From Mytilus californianus (Eukaryota): DNA of 64,000 bases. Positions within the stretch are counted from its first letter, which is position 1. Each line of letters opens with the position of its first letter. The translations under genes were made by a program, and so were the position numbers. The stretch is from NCBI RefSeq assembly GCF_021869535.1, contig NW_026262723.1, forward strand, positions 9,114,001-9,178,000, read 5' to 3'. A model generated the notes under the pieces. That model made no database searches, was not told the DNA's origin, and saw only the letters and a program-made list of their open reading frames with translations. Below, piece after piece: positions 27,601 to 40,445 of this stretch.

Positions 27601-30600
27601 TTTAATGTATAGGTTTTTGTGCGCTTGTTTTTCTATCCACCATTGGTTGTCTTTCTTTGAATTAAGAATTATAGGTTTCATAACGAGTGAGAATTGGATA
27701 TCGCTTGCTATCAACTTGAGTAGTTTAATTCAAATATAATGATTTTTAAAATTAAAAAACTAGAGTTGATTTCAAGCGATACCCAGTTATCACGAGTTGT
27801 TAAACCTATTTCTCTTATGATCAACACTCGCATTGTGTTAAAAGTTCCGCGAATCGTTGATCTAGTCTATTGAACATACCAGTATGACCTCATATGTCAT
27901 ATGTCCTGTTACTGCGTCAAAAATTAACATCATACATTTTAAAACATTTGGTGCGCTCCATAATGTAATAAAATTTGACAAAAAAGAATATTTTCAGGTA
28001 AAAAATGTGAGGGTTTTTTTAATATCGAAGAAATCACATCTGTCAGTTGAAATGGACAAAATATACATGTCTTATCCTTTGAAAGTTGTCAATGACCTAA
28101 TGAATAGCCAATGCCAATGTCGTAATATCGATGATATCATGACGCTGGATAAGCCAATCAAAAGCAGTTTTCGTATCACGTTTTCGTATCACACTCCGTG
28201 TAGTGTGACACGAGAAATATCTCTTCATGCAAGATATAGATAACAGGTCACAACCATAAAAAATTGTATGTATCGCACTGAGGTATCTTTTTTCTTTTGT
28301 ATCATTTATTTGCTTCTAAACTTTAGAGAGAAAAATATTTGCTTTTATCTATATCATTTTAAATCGGGTTGATATCGGTCTCATTGGCAGTCATATCACA
28401 CCTTCTATTTTTTTTTAAATATATGCCTAAATGACGACAAATAATTGATAATCTACAATATAACCTGTCATATCACCGACCTTATTTTTGTTTAATTCAT
28501 ATTCCCATTCAACTTTGAACGTTAAGTCTAGATAGTCCTGAAAACTCACCGTTAGTGGATATGATAATGGACGGAATCGATCGTAATCTTCTTGACCTGC
28601 AGTATCCCATAATCCTAATTCTACATAAATGTCATTCACCATTATAGTTGTTTTGTAATTATCAAATCTAAATTGAATATATATGCAGTATTTTTAATAT
28701 AAAATCACAATAAAGTTCTGAAATTTTTCATACGTTTCAAATGTTACTAAATTTTTAATTTTGAAATAATTTACAATTATCTTGTTCACAAGCACGACTA
28801 AAACATGTCTTTTATACATGTATTTTAATTCAAAATTAAGTGATTGTGTATGAGCGACAGATTGCTAACTGGAGTTTCAACCATTGAAAGGTGTACATTG
28901 TGTGGACTCGTCTCAATCAAATTTGCAATCTAGCCATTGTGTGACTGTGCTATGGTAATTTTTTATATTCTTCTTTTTCATTTTTGCTTATGTGCTTGGT
29001 CTATATGCCATTTCGGTTTTCTTTGTTGACCATTTTTTTGTTTTTATAGTGATTAAGATTATAACACAATGTTGACTGCTGTACCCCTATATAACATACC
29101 TATTATGTCTGTTTGTTTTGTTCACACATTGTTTTCAATATAATGGAATTGTATGCGACGGTCATACAAGTGAGAGGTTCAGCTAGCTATAAAACCAGGT
29201 TTAATCCACCATTTTCTACATAAGGAAATGCCTGTACCAAGTCAGGAATATGACAGTTGTTTTTCATTCGTTTGATGTGTTTTCGCTTTTGATTTTTCCA
29301 TTTGATAATGGACTTTCGTTTTTGAATTTTCCTAGGAGTTCCATATTTTGTTATTTTTCTTTTTGTAAAATGCGAATGGGAAATGAAATCCTTATAGATA
29401 TTGAAAATTTAATGTTTATTTAATATTATATCATGTTGATGTAACATTATCTACAGAGATAATGTATGCTAACAGCTTTGGAACCTAGGTTATATACTAG
29501 AGTATAATATGCAGGGGAAAATTGTATTATCTCCTTAAATTATATTCTCTTTCAACCATGGCTATAACCGTTAAAAGAGAACGTATTTACATTAAAACAT
29601 AACTTATAGTTTTCAAAAATTTCTTAGCCGAATCTTCGTCGAACCATTTCCAAAGGTCAGTAGATAATGATAATGACCGGGTTTGTACTCACATGAGCAA
29701 TACGACGGGTGCCACATGTGAACCAGGTACTTCTAACTCTTCCGGAGTACCTGCTACCACCCCCAGCTTTTGTTGGGCTTCGTGTTGCCCAGTCTTTAGT
29801 TTTCTATGTTGTGTTCTGTGTACTGTTGTTTGTCTGTTTGTCTTTTTCTTTTTCTAGCCATGGCGTTGTCAGTTTATTTTCTACTTATGAGTTTGAATGT
29901 CCCTTTGGTATCTTTCGCCTCTCTTTTTTAATATATCTGATAAATTTGGTATATGTGTGTATAATGATGTCTCCGGGCGTACTAAATAAAGACAAATCCA
30001 GAAAAGCGCTTCGGACGCATGCAATTTATAAAGTGTACATTTTTACAGCACTGGGTCGATACCAATATTTTACATCCTTTCTTTTCGATTTTATATCTGA
30101 TGTTTATATTGAATGTGATAGGTAAATAAAGCATTTCTGAAAGTAATTATATCTTTCAGTCCAAATTCCGTCTGGCAAAAACTACGTTAGCTGGATTTGG
30201 CTACTATTTTAGGTACCTTCTGGTTATAGAGCTCTTCGCATGTTTCAGTACATCATTGGCTATTAAATATTTTGGCTTTTAGTGTTCCTGATCGTTCAAC
30301 TTATAAAGTATTATTTTCAGTTGTTTCCGAACGATAATTTAGTAGATAGATAAGCTATGTTTGAATCCAATTCAATAAAATGGAGGGAACCAAATCTGTT
30401 AACATTTACAGGGTATTTTTAATTTTAACAAATAAACGTACTTCCGAGATATTTACACAGATCAATAAGTAACAGGAAGTTAACTTTGTTACATATGATT
30501 TATAAAAGATAATATCTACTACGAACTACAACACGGAAAACACCTTCCCTTTTGAAGATTAAGAATAAAATACAATTTAGACCACAATGATTTTTTTTTT

Positions 30601-31921
30601 GTAATTTGAAATTATGAAGACACGTTTAGGAAGAGATAAAAGAAAGGGATTTCTTCATAAATAAAACATGCGCTGTAAGGTGGGTGTAGTTGGTAAAAAA
30701 TTATGCCGGATAATTTTAAAAGACACAATCTATTTCATTAGTAAAACAAATAATTTCAGAAAACCCTGCGATCTCTCTTTTTTACTATTTTCCTATCTAT
30801 CAGATGTAAAAGACCATGCAGAATTTCAGCGGATTTGTTTTATTACATGTAGATAAGCTTAAGCATATTCAAAGATTTAAAATTTAAATTAGAGTTGTCT
30901 TTTAACAACATATACATTTTAGATCGACAATGACTTAGATAAAATGTGTGCTTACATTGTGGGAACATAATCTTCATTGAAGGTATTCGTGGAAAAGCAT
31001 ATCAATAAGCACGTTTTCCCAACATTTCTGAAAAAATGAAATAGAAGTATCTTTAATTGATATTGTTTGGCAATTCGTGGTGAAGTGGATGTTGATTATT
31101 GGTAGGCCATATTTTTCTTAAACTTTCCAAACATTTTTCTAGCCTGTCTATTCGCCAAGTCAGAATGCTATGCATTCTAAGGAATATTTTCAAAATCGTA
31201 TGTATACCAAAACCTCGTAGTTGGCTAATCCAACCAATGTCGTGACGTTATTTTCTTTTTATGGAACGTACAATATAATTCCCTATAGTCATTTAGATTC
31301 TGCAATAGCAATTTTGAAAAAGAACATATATTGTAAATTACAGCATGAAATACATTATTGTGATTTTAGAAGGAAAAGGTGCAAATAACAAGAATATGTC
31401 GTTTTTGTGTGTGTACAAAACGTATTATTACGTCATCATGTCTGTCGATTTTGTTGTATTATGTTCTGCGTTTTTAACGTAGAAGAGTTCCCAGAGTCAA
31501 ACAAGTAACGTCATATCAGAATATCAGTCATATGTTCGTGTTGTTTGCTCTGACATTTAATATCAGTTTTGCATATTTCCAAAATTTAGTCAAAACTTTT
31601 TTCCTCGACACTTTAAACACAAATATCATAAGTGTTTATGTAGTATTTAGCTTACATTGCAAATGAAGAAATGATAACAAAGAAGGAAATGATTTTAGGA
31701 TCGAGATATATACAAAAAACTTTAATACTAAAACGCTTCAAAATAAAATTTTGATTTATGAAAAACAATAAACACTAAAGACTGATGTTTTGTCTATTAT
31801 TTTGTACTAATATGATATGTTGGTAACCGTTTTCTTTAAATTATTCATACTAAAAATAATAACAAAAATATTCATGTTTTACTCACCCGTCACCGACTAC
31901 AACGCATTTGATATGTTGCAT
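24622..31921 (-). CDS. Rac/Cdc42-like Rho GTPase, gene B, 193 aa; exons 31887..31921, 30956..31027, 28550..28667, 26799..26861, 24622..24915
   Basis: [40 protein letters not shown]...[20 protein letters not shown]|[21 protein letters not shown]|[10 protein letters not shown]...ECSAK...[10 protein letters not shown]. Intact frame, GT..AG introns. Confidence 0.93.
25551..25859. mobile_element. TTAA-flanked element with perfect 43-bp terminal inverted repeats
   Basis: CAGGGCTCATCGTTTGTAGCTTCAGACTTTTCAAATGATGTTA at 25551..25593 and its exact reverse complement at 25817..25859; TTAA on both sides. Confidence 0.7.
26130..26430 (-). mobile_element. Two hammerhead-like cores 220 bp apart (retrozyme-like tandem)
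   Basis: CUGAUGA-AGGUAAAUCC-UGAAA and CUGAUGA-AGGUAGACCC-AGAAA with duplicated flanks at 26152 and 26372. Same family at ~9750..9860 and ~29960..30270. Confidence 0.5.
26450..26715 (+). repeat. Naiad tail family I orphan copy
   Basis: CTACCGAATT...GAGCAACACGAC...CCACATGTGGAGCAGG...GAATGTCCC. Confidence 0.8.
29161..29254 (+). ncRNA. Twister-ribozyme-like motif (permuted, type-P5-like) in tail family III
   Basis: P5 GUCAUA/UAUGAC, GA-GGU pairing with loop ACC, UAA-UCC-AC, P3 CAUUUUCU/AGGAAAUG, P4 CCUG/CAGG, loop U-ACC-AA-GU. P2 only partly paired. Confidence 0.55.
29670..29930 (+). repeat. Naiad tail family I orphan copy
   Basis: GACCGGGTTTGTACT...GGGTGCCACATGTG...GGTATCTTTCGCCTCTCTTTT. Confidence 0.8.
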
Positions 31922-32459
31922 TTTAAAGTTCCGATTATAGATTAACCAATTTATAACTTCATTTCAGCCCACTTCTAAAGATTTATTGACATTTTGTATA
32001 TTTACTTTATAACTTGATAATAACATATGTTTTTGTTCTTCCTGCATGGATTCAGTACAAACATTGTTTATCAGGGCATTACGTGTACTTGTAAATATAA
32101 ACATGATTAACATAAATTTACAAAAGAAAAAAAGGATCGATTTCAATAAAACAGGAACCCAATTGTATTAAAACGATACGAACAAGTATGAATAAATAGA
32201 TACATAAAAAAAATATTTAAAAAGTAACATTTTTAGGAGTAATATCATATAAACATCTCTCAACATAGACAATTTGAGGTACTAGTAATCCGTTTCCATA
32301 AGAAAGAATAGTTCATATATCAAAAATGAATACTTCTGTGAAAAAAAATATCATACATGCATAAAAAAATCCAGAAAGATTCATTTACCTTGACGTTAAA
32401 AATGCAGTAACATTTTATCGTTATATTCATCTATTCGCTGTTATTTGCGTAATTGAATA

Positions 32460-34060
32460 GAGAAGAGAAACGGGGAATGTGTCAAAGAGACATCAATTAG
32501 ACCAAAAATCAGAAAACAGCCGAAGGCTACTAAGGGGGTCTTCAACGCAGAGAGACAATCTCGCAACCGGAGGCGGGCTTCAACTGGCCCCTGAACAATA
32601 ATGTATACTAGTCCAACGAAATGGATGCCACACTAAACTCTGAAATATAAAAATGACCCAAATTATAAAGAAAAAAAAATACAAGACTAACAAAGGCTAG
32701 AGGTTCCTGATTTGGGACAGACTTAAAAATGCGGCGGGGTTGAACGTGTTAAAAGATAGAGGGACGAAAGATACCAGAGGGACAGTCAAACTCATAAGTG
32801 ATATCTCATCCCTCCGTTATACCTTCTAGCCTATGTGGAATAAACAAACCCTTCTGAATAAGTCTGTTTAAAGGTTTTGTTAGCTTTTGAGATGAATGAC
32901 GAAATTTGTGTGCTTTGGATAGACATTTACCATAATAGATTGGATGTGAAATGCTAGAACATATAAGATGTCTGCACGTTGATTTATATTTACGAATGAT
33001 GTCCTTGTAGCGATGATAAGATTTGGAAAAGTTTTGACATATTTGTGGTATCGAAAACTCTGGTGTAATAATTTTTCCGTATTACAGGGATTTCTTTCGT
33101 TAAAATCAATTACGTTGTTACATACACAAGCGAATCGAACAAGTTGAGATATATAAGCACCATACGATGGTGCCAAGGGAATGTCAACATCTAAAAACGG
33201 ATAATTGACAATAGGAAATGAAAACAAACATCTCTTTTCTCGTAAGTTGTAGTACTAAGCCTCTTGTTACAGATATAGATATCACGATCCAGGAAAGGGC
33301 AGTGTTCATTATTTGTATTAGCTTTTTTTAAAGTAATTTCAACAGGATAAATCCCTTTAGTGTACATACTTAAGTCGTCATTATTGAGAGCCAAAATATC
33401 ATCTAAATATAAAAAGTGTTATTAAATTTTTGCATCCGATGTTGTTTCGATGGATCTTTGCTGATTTTAGACATAAATTGTGATTCGTAACAATACAGAA
33501 ACAGGTCCGCAATACGCGATAAACAGTTAGTCCTATTGGAATTCCGACAACTTGGCAATATACGGAATCTCCATAGCGAACAAAACTGGTATCTAGTAAA
33601 AGTTCAAGCGCACGCAGTTATTATATCAAAGTAGGTCCATTTGACATATTTCTTCTGTTTGTTGTTACTGAAAAATAACTTAAAAGAGTTTGAACATATA
33701 AAAGTAATATTCACATTCCCGACCTTTCAAATGCCAATTTGATTAGGTATGTGATGAGATTATGAAGCAGAGTTGTATATAAGGTCGAAAATTCAAAACT
33801 TTGAACAGATTCGAAGGCACCCATATGAGCATGCAATTTATCAAGCTAGAACTTCCAACCAATTTTCGACACTCCAAAAGTAACTAATTCCATTATGTTT
33901 CGTAGACCTTATTCGAAAAAATTATTACCAGGTTTTTGATTGTACCAAGAGTACTTGAAAGTAGAAAAGACAGTTTAGTAGTGAAACAATGGCTTGGCGA
34001 CGAAATAAATCTATAGTTGTAAGGTATTATGTGCAGTTTCGGAAACCAGTACATAGTTGG
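32460..34060 (-). mobile_element. Third Penelope-like (Naiad-type) relic: RT fragments plus tail family V
   Basis: PTMYWFPKLH (33893..34060), ALNNDD...CPFLDRDI, FSFPIVNYPFLD...YGAYISQLVRF (32880..33400). Tail 32460..32830 shares the twister-like core and is split by a family I fragment. Confidence 0.7.
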
Positions 34061-35116
34061 AACTTTTGAATGTCCCCTTGGTATCTTTCGCCTCTCTTTC
34101 ATGTTATTCGGTTCTGATTGTAAAGAGGTAGCAAACGTTTATGTTTGTTAATGATGTCATTTTCCAAAAAATTAGTCAGTTGGGATGTTGGTAAATTTGT
34201 GATTTCCTATTCCAGAACCTCCATATAAAATTTACGTCTGACAATAATGATGACAATAATGCTTGTCAGCCTTATTAGCCAGGACAAACACAAATTCCTT
34301 GCCGAATTCTTTTAGCTTATGATTGATACGGGAAACAGGGCAATAATGGTTGTTGTTAGAAGTAAAATGTTCTTTGAAATGTTTAATACAAAAATACCAA
34401 CTAATTTCATTAATGAATTAAAAAAAGAATGAACGGATTTTTGTCAGATTTTTTCGTTTTATTCATTTTGTACAGTAGGTATGGAGTGAGTCATGAAAGA
34501 TGTCATGACACTCATTCTAATTGATAATTGACGGTGGACGATATTTAGATCTTTTTCTAAGTAATGATTTTAACGTAGAAATGATGTTTGCGCTCGATTC
34601 AACAAAAAACGATCTAGCAAATATGTTAAGCTAATTAAGATTTAAGATGAAGATTAAGATCGGAAAAGGAGGTAATACTTGATAGGAGATAGACAATTGC
34701 TTGAAAATAGACAAGATTTAAAGAAATATTGTAAGGGTTTAACTGTGTGAAAATATATAGTCTATACATCGCAAAAGCCGAATGGTAGAATTCCAGAAGA
34801 CAACATTTCTATTAAATATGTAGCCCAGTCATCTCTTAAGGTTTCTTTAAATCCATTAAAAGTTTATAAACTTATATGGATAACAACATTTTTGCAACTC
34901 GTTCCTACGATAGAAATAAATGTTTATACTAACTGATGTATGTGCACATAACAGATAAAATATTGGCGTATACATATGGTCATTTGCAGTTTTCCCAACC
35001 GGAAGTATAAAATCATGCTAATATGCTAAGAAAAGCGTTCGTTTGGCCGTTAGGTATATAAATACGCAGCTACGTCCAGTCGGAATTTGAACGTTAAATT
35101 CGATACCTTCGTTTAA

Positions 35117-35390
35117 GGTGGTACCTAACACTACAGGGAGATAACTCTGTAAAAATCAGCTAAACGTTTTAATTACGTTGTATTGTTAAGGAAATATTAA
35201 GCTTCTCAATGATCAAAATTAGTGTTTGTCAAACTGCTATATAACTAACGAAATTTTTCTGATAAAGTGGTTGGTTCAAATTTTTTGAATTTTTTATATT
35301 TTTGTCAAAGGGTCAAAGTAAACATTTTGTCAAAATTTTATGAAAATTAAACGAGCCAAATTAATATTAGTCAAGGTGTTGGGTACCACC
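35117..35390. mobile_element. Kolobok-like MITE (274 bp)
   Basis: TTAA on both sides; 15-bp TIRs GGTGGTACCTAACAC / GTGTTGGGTACCACC. RR...YY termini with TTAA target are typical of Kolobok. Confidence 0.7.
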
Positions 35391-36729
35391 TTAAGAGGAG
35401 TGTCACGCTCTTTGAACACTTGCATGTTTAAATTCAAAGAATACGTGCAACAAATGTTGGAGGGATCAGTAGGTGTATGAGCATGGTTATGCACAATTTC
35501 TGCCTCCAACTAACACATCTTCGTTTCCCTGTCTAATAGCATATTTTTCATTAAGTTCGACCCACTTTTCAGAAACCATCATTTCCGAAACATAAATATA
35601 CGTGTAGGTGCGACTGTTTTGATTGTTGTTTTTTAATGTGTGTTTGTTTACTTTATTTTTCTCTATTTATGTACTCTCTGGTTTAAGGTGGTAACATTTA
35701 CTTTAACAACAGAAATGTGAAAAGCTAAACAAGTTGATGCCGTTTAAACATTGCATATTATGTATATCATGTGTTTGTACTACTAAGTATGTCTAGTCTG
35801 ATTACTAAGTTGAGTGAGGCTATAGTTTTCTCATTGATATTTTGAAGCCAACGTACGCTTGCAAATTGTCATGTGAATTTCACGTGAAAATCTCACTTGA
35901 TATTCACGTAAGCCATAATTTCCATGAATTGCACATTAGTTTCACGTAAAATGAGACTAACGTGAAATTCACGCGATCAAAATTTGCCTGTGTATGAAAA
36001 TTTCAAACAAAGTGTACAATCTTTAACTTGTATACGAAATGAAAGAGAAATCGACGTATGCGTACTACTTATTGGTTTCAAATTTTTATATGTATCTATA
36101 TTTTTAAACTTTATTTTACCCAACGAAACGTTATGTCCATCTGACCAAAGAAAAGAAAATACGAGCATTTGGGGGAAGGGGGGCGCATGGGGGAGGGGGA
36201 ATGGGAACTTTCTTTTAATCAGTATACACAATAATTATACTTTGCAAATACTGGCACTCGATGATTTTAATGTATTGTTTTTTTGTTAAAATTTTATTTG
36301 TATATTAACCCAAACTTGATCTACTTCTGATTTGATTCATACATATATACATTGCATCTTTTTTTTTTTATTATTTATAAGATTTATAATGGGGATATTT
36401 ATAGCGCCCGTAAATTTAGATGCGATCAACGTAAAGTAATTGATCCTTTGAATAAAACGTAGTTCTTAAAAGTTATTAATTACATGTAATACCGTAGCAA
36501 ATTCTGTAAATATCTTTTTTTATCGGTACGCACATAGATTTTATTTTAGATAAATTAAAACGCTACTAAATATGTATCTATATACTGTTATGAACTGTGG
36601 TCCTTCATCCTGTCGATACTATGTCCTTATATTTAGGCATCGCATAAGCTTTTCACAAATTGATTCTGACATCTTTATTCTAAATCTAATGGATGTGTAC
36701 TTTTCCTTTGATACTTCAGTTTTTTATAA

Positions 36730-37760
36730 CACAATTAATGTATCAGCTTTAATTGGCTTCATTTGTCTATACCTATATTTTGGCATTGCACAAGGTCATG
36801 TTTTTCTCTGAATGTTAATGACGTCCTTACACTAAATCCATTGGATGTTGGATGTGTACTGATTGATAATTATGTCTTAGATACAGGATTTTATTAGTTG
36901 TTATTGGCTTTGAACTATCTGTCAGTAACTGCGAATACTCTCTGATCTTTACATAGTATCTTTTTTTTTGTTATGGGATGTATAGATACTCTGCCATGTC
37001 CGGTCTTTGTTTTCGTAAGATGTTTTCTGCTTTGTATCCATCTGATGAGTTTATATATAAAAGAAGCAATGGTATGATTGCCAATGAGACAACTCTCCAC
37101 AAGAGACCAAATGACACAGAATTTAACAACTATAGGTCATCGTACGGCCTTCAACAATGAGGAAAGCTTATACCGCACAGTCAGCTATAAAAGGCCCCGA
37201 AATGACAATGTAAAACAATTCAAACGAGAAAACTAACGGCCTAATTTATGTACAAAAAATTAACGAATAACAAATGTGTAACACATAAACAAACGACAAC
37301 CACTGAATTACAGGCTCCTGACTTGGGACAGGCACATACATACATAATGTGGCGGGGTTAAACATGTTAGCGGGATCCCAACCCTCCACTAACCTGGGAC
37401 AGTGGTGTAACAGTACAATATAAGAACGAACTATAAAATCAGCTGAAAGAGGCTTAACTCATCTGATGGATAAAAATACAAATACTACAAATACAAGTGG
37501 ACGTATTTTCAACTGATTTTTATAGTTTGTTCTTATGTTATACTGTTACACTACTGTCCCAGGTTAGAGGAGGGTTGTGCGCTCACTAACAATTTTACCT
37601 CGCAATATTCTTTATGTGCTTGTCCCAAGTCAGGAGCCTGTAGTTCAGTGGTTGTCGTTTGTTCATGTCTTTCATATTTGTTTTTCGTAAATAGTTTTGT
37701 TATAAAATAGGCCGTTAGTTTCCTCAGCTGAAATACTGAAAGCTAGTTCAAAGCCTATTA
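36730..37760. repeat. Nested and inverted tail family II copies
   Basis: Copy at 37060..37500 is flanked by opposite-orientation pieces at 36730..37030 and 37500..37760. Twister-like cores at ~37311..37396 (-) and ~37560..37640 (+), both mutated. Confidence 0.75.
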
Positions 37761-37789
37761 CATCATGTGCTCCCAAAAAAAAGTATCCG

Positions 37790-38115
37790 GCAGTAAATCC
37801 CTTTGCTACCACATCTGGTCAGATGGGAACGTTGAATCCGATGCCTCATATAAAGAGAGTACCACGCTCTTTTCACGCTAAGATCCCTTACAACAAGTCT
37901 ATGAGTGGTTCGAAGGTGGCCTATTGCAAGGCAAAATGTCTGTCTCCATTAAATATACCCTCATTTGCCAGTTGCAGTTCAAATATCCTCGACTTTCATT
38001 CTGGAAGGCCTCTATTACAGGACCGACCTATTGTATGTATTGTTAATTTGGTCTCGTCCTGAACATGCATGAAATATTTGCCACTGAATATTAAGCAACC
38101 AACAGTCAATCAATC
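37790..38115 (+). mobile_element. SINE-like relic (tentatively Deu/Nin-type core) ending in (CAAT)n
   Basis: GGTCAGATGGGAACGTTGAATCCGATGCC core and tail CATGAAATATTTGCCACTGAATATTAAGCAACCAACAGTCAATCAATC. Family assignment is from memory of the consensus. Confidence 0.55.
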
Positions 38116-40044
38116 AATCAAAGGAACATCCCACACGATTTTTGAATTTTCAGTAAATATCAACCGGTTAATTTATTAATAAAATCAACAGACTTTTGAA
38201 CGGCCGGAACAAGTTTACTATTTTTGTTATGTTAGCAGCCAAACAAAATATCTCCTCCTTTGGTATCAAATAATTTATTGAACGAAAAAACAATGTTCCC
38301 CATAAAAAGATGATTGATCGGTGCCTTATTGTTGATTCATGGTGTTTAGCTACCTGTGAAAAATGAGAAGAATATCTTTAAATTACTACAGAACAGATAC
38401 TGAGCAAAAGACAGTTAAGCAACTACAATAAATTACACGTTGAATTATTTTTTTTGAATCGTTTCGTCTTATCAAATACACATTTAATTGCTTCTTCTAA
38501 CACTGATTGAATTCCCTCTCCTGTTTTTGCAGAACACTCTATATATTTTACTGCTTGAATCCGTTCTGCCAGGTTGATTCCTTGCTTATAAGAATATAAA
38601 TTGCTTGTGTCTTTCTCCCTAATTTCCTGTTCATTCTGCCCAATAGTTATCAAATCTTTTTTGGTACCAACAAGCAAAGTTAATGCATTTGGACAGAGAA
38701 GTTTGATATCTGGGTAACACTGAAATAAAAAAAAATAATAAAAAGACAAAAAGAAGAAAAGGGAAGATATGAACGAGGCAATACACAATCATAACACGAC
38801 TAAAAAAAAAAGAAAAGCAACACGATCTCCCCTTTTTTTCCACCCCAAAAAGGGTCAAACTATATGTGCTCCGGAAGGATCAGGAGTTCTTACTCCATAC
38901 ACCAGTCGTGTCACTGACCTCCTGTTGCAAAACATCAATGTGTCAATTACCTAATAGATAAAATGATCGACTCGCTTCTCCGTCAGTGGTGTTGTACGAT
39001 TTACAGCAGCGCACAAAAAGCATACATCAATTTTAAAACTAACAGATTGCGAACATGATCGATTTTTTTAAAATATCTTCAAATTGCTTCATGAATAAAA
39101 TAAGGGAAACTTTAAATGGACAGGAATTCTTACTCTTACGAAGCTCACTCCCTTATTTTATTGCTGCTTTTCAGTTAAATTAATTCTTATTTGTTGTTTT
39201 TATTATTGTATTATGGTTTTCTGATAGTATCGTTTCTGTCTTTAAGTTTCTCATTTTAAATCGCCCTGTTTATGTATGAAATATTTGTCACCGGGCGTTA
39301 AGCTCACAACAATCCATAAACCAATTTTACTGTGGACATCTTATCGTGACCTGTTCTGTAATTACTCACTTTTTGCTCAATAAATTCAAAGCTGTCTGGG
39401 TCATCCAGAGAAAAACAAACAAAAAAGACATCCTGAAATTATTGTTATTATTAATCACTCAATCGGTCATTACTTTATCATAGTTATAATAAATATAAGT
39501 TTAGTGTATAAGAAAACACAATAAATGTAAAGCAACAAATAAAAACACGAACAAGCAGTTCTTACAACTAACATCTAAATTACCCGACGCCTTACAATTT
39601 ACTTTCTTTCTTGATGGGCAGATATTGAAAAAAAACACATAAGGGCTGACGCAGCTTGAATTGAGTCATCAAGGAACATATCTATTTCAATCACGCGTGC
39701 ATATGTGTCCGTCCTAGGACTGTCACTGTCGTTTATGTCAATTTAGAACCCTTTTATCTTCTTTTATTCAGATATATTACTGACTTTATTACAAAAAGCG
39801 TGAATATAGCATTGCAATTTTATCTGATCAAAGATCAAAATAACTATACATAGTTTGTACTCTTTGTCAATCAATTCAGGGAAAGATATAATTGGCTTTC
39901 TGTTATTCTTTGTAGTTCGTCGTTTCAAATATCAAAGAACCATGCTTAATATCGGACCCCAGAATGGAAAAAAACGCCACGTCATAGGATACATTCCAAT
40001 CGTTCCGGATGTTGATAACTAATCAGAATATCTTTGTAGATATA

Positions 40045-40445
40045 AGAAGATGTGGTATGAGTGCCAATGAGACAACTCTCCATCCAAGTCAAAATTTATT
40101 AAAGTAAACCATTATAGGTCAAATTACGGTCTTCAATACGGAGCCTTGGCTCACACCGAACAGTAAGCTATAAAGGGCCCCCAAAATTACTAGTGTAAAA
40201 CCATTCAAACGGAAAAACAAACGGTCTAATCTATATGAAAAACGAGAAACACTTATGAACCACATCAACAAACGACAACTACTGAACATCAGATTCCTGA
40301 CTTAGGACAGGTGCAAACAATTGCAGCGGGTTTAAACGTTTTAATGGTACCAAACCTTCACCCTTATCTGAAACAATAGTGTAACATTACATCATAGAAA
40401 GACATACTATAAAATATCAACTGAAATGGCTTAACTCAATCATTG
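40045..40445 (-). repeat. Tail family II variant copy in intron 3 of gene C
   Basis: Homologous to 21556..21985, 48300..48610 and, inverted, 41812..42070. Confidence 0.85.
40290..40370 (-). ncRNA. Twister-ribozyme-like motif (permuted, type-P5-like), best-preserved copy; predicted U^A cleavage between 40334 and 40333
   Basis: CAGAU-AA-GGGU-GA-AGG-[linker]-UAA-ACCC-GC-UGCAA-UUGU-UUGCA-CCUG-U-CCU-AA-GU-CAGG-A-AUCUG. P5, P2, P3, P4 and pseudoknots T1 (CCU/AGG) and T2 (GC/GU) all pair; P1 is non-canonical. Confidence 0.65.

Noticed and set aside
27884-28243. 119-aa ORF antisense in intron 3 of gene B
   Set aside because: No recognisable motif, low-complexity AT-rich composition, no splice support.
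37560-37640. CUC/GAG change read as P2 covariation in a twister-like copy
   Set aside because: It fits only a shifted register and the cleavage-site A is also mutated, so it was not counted as support.
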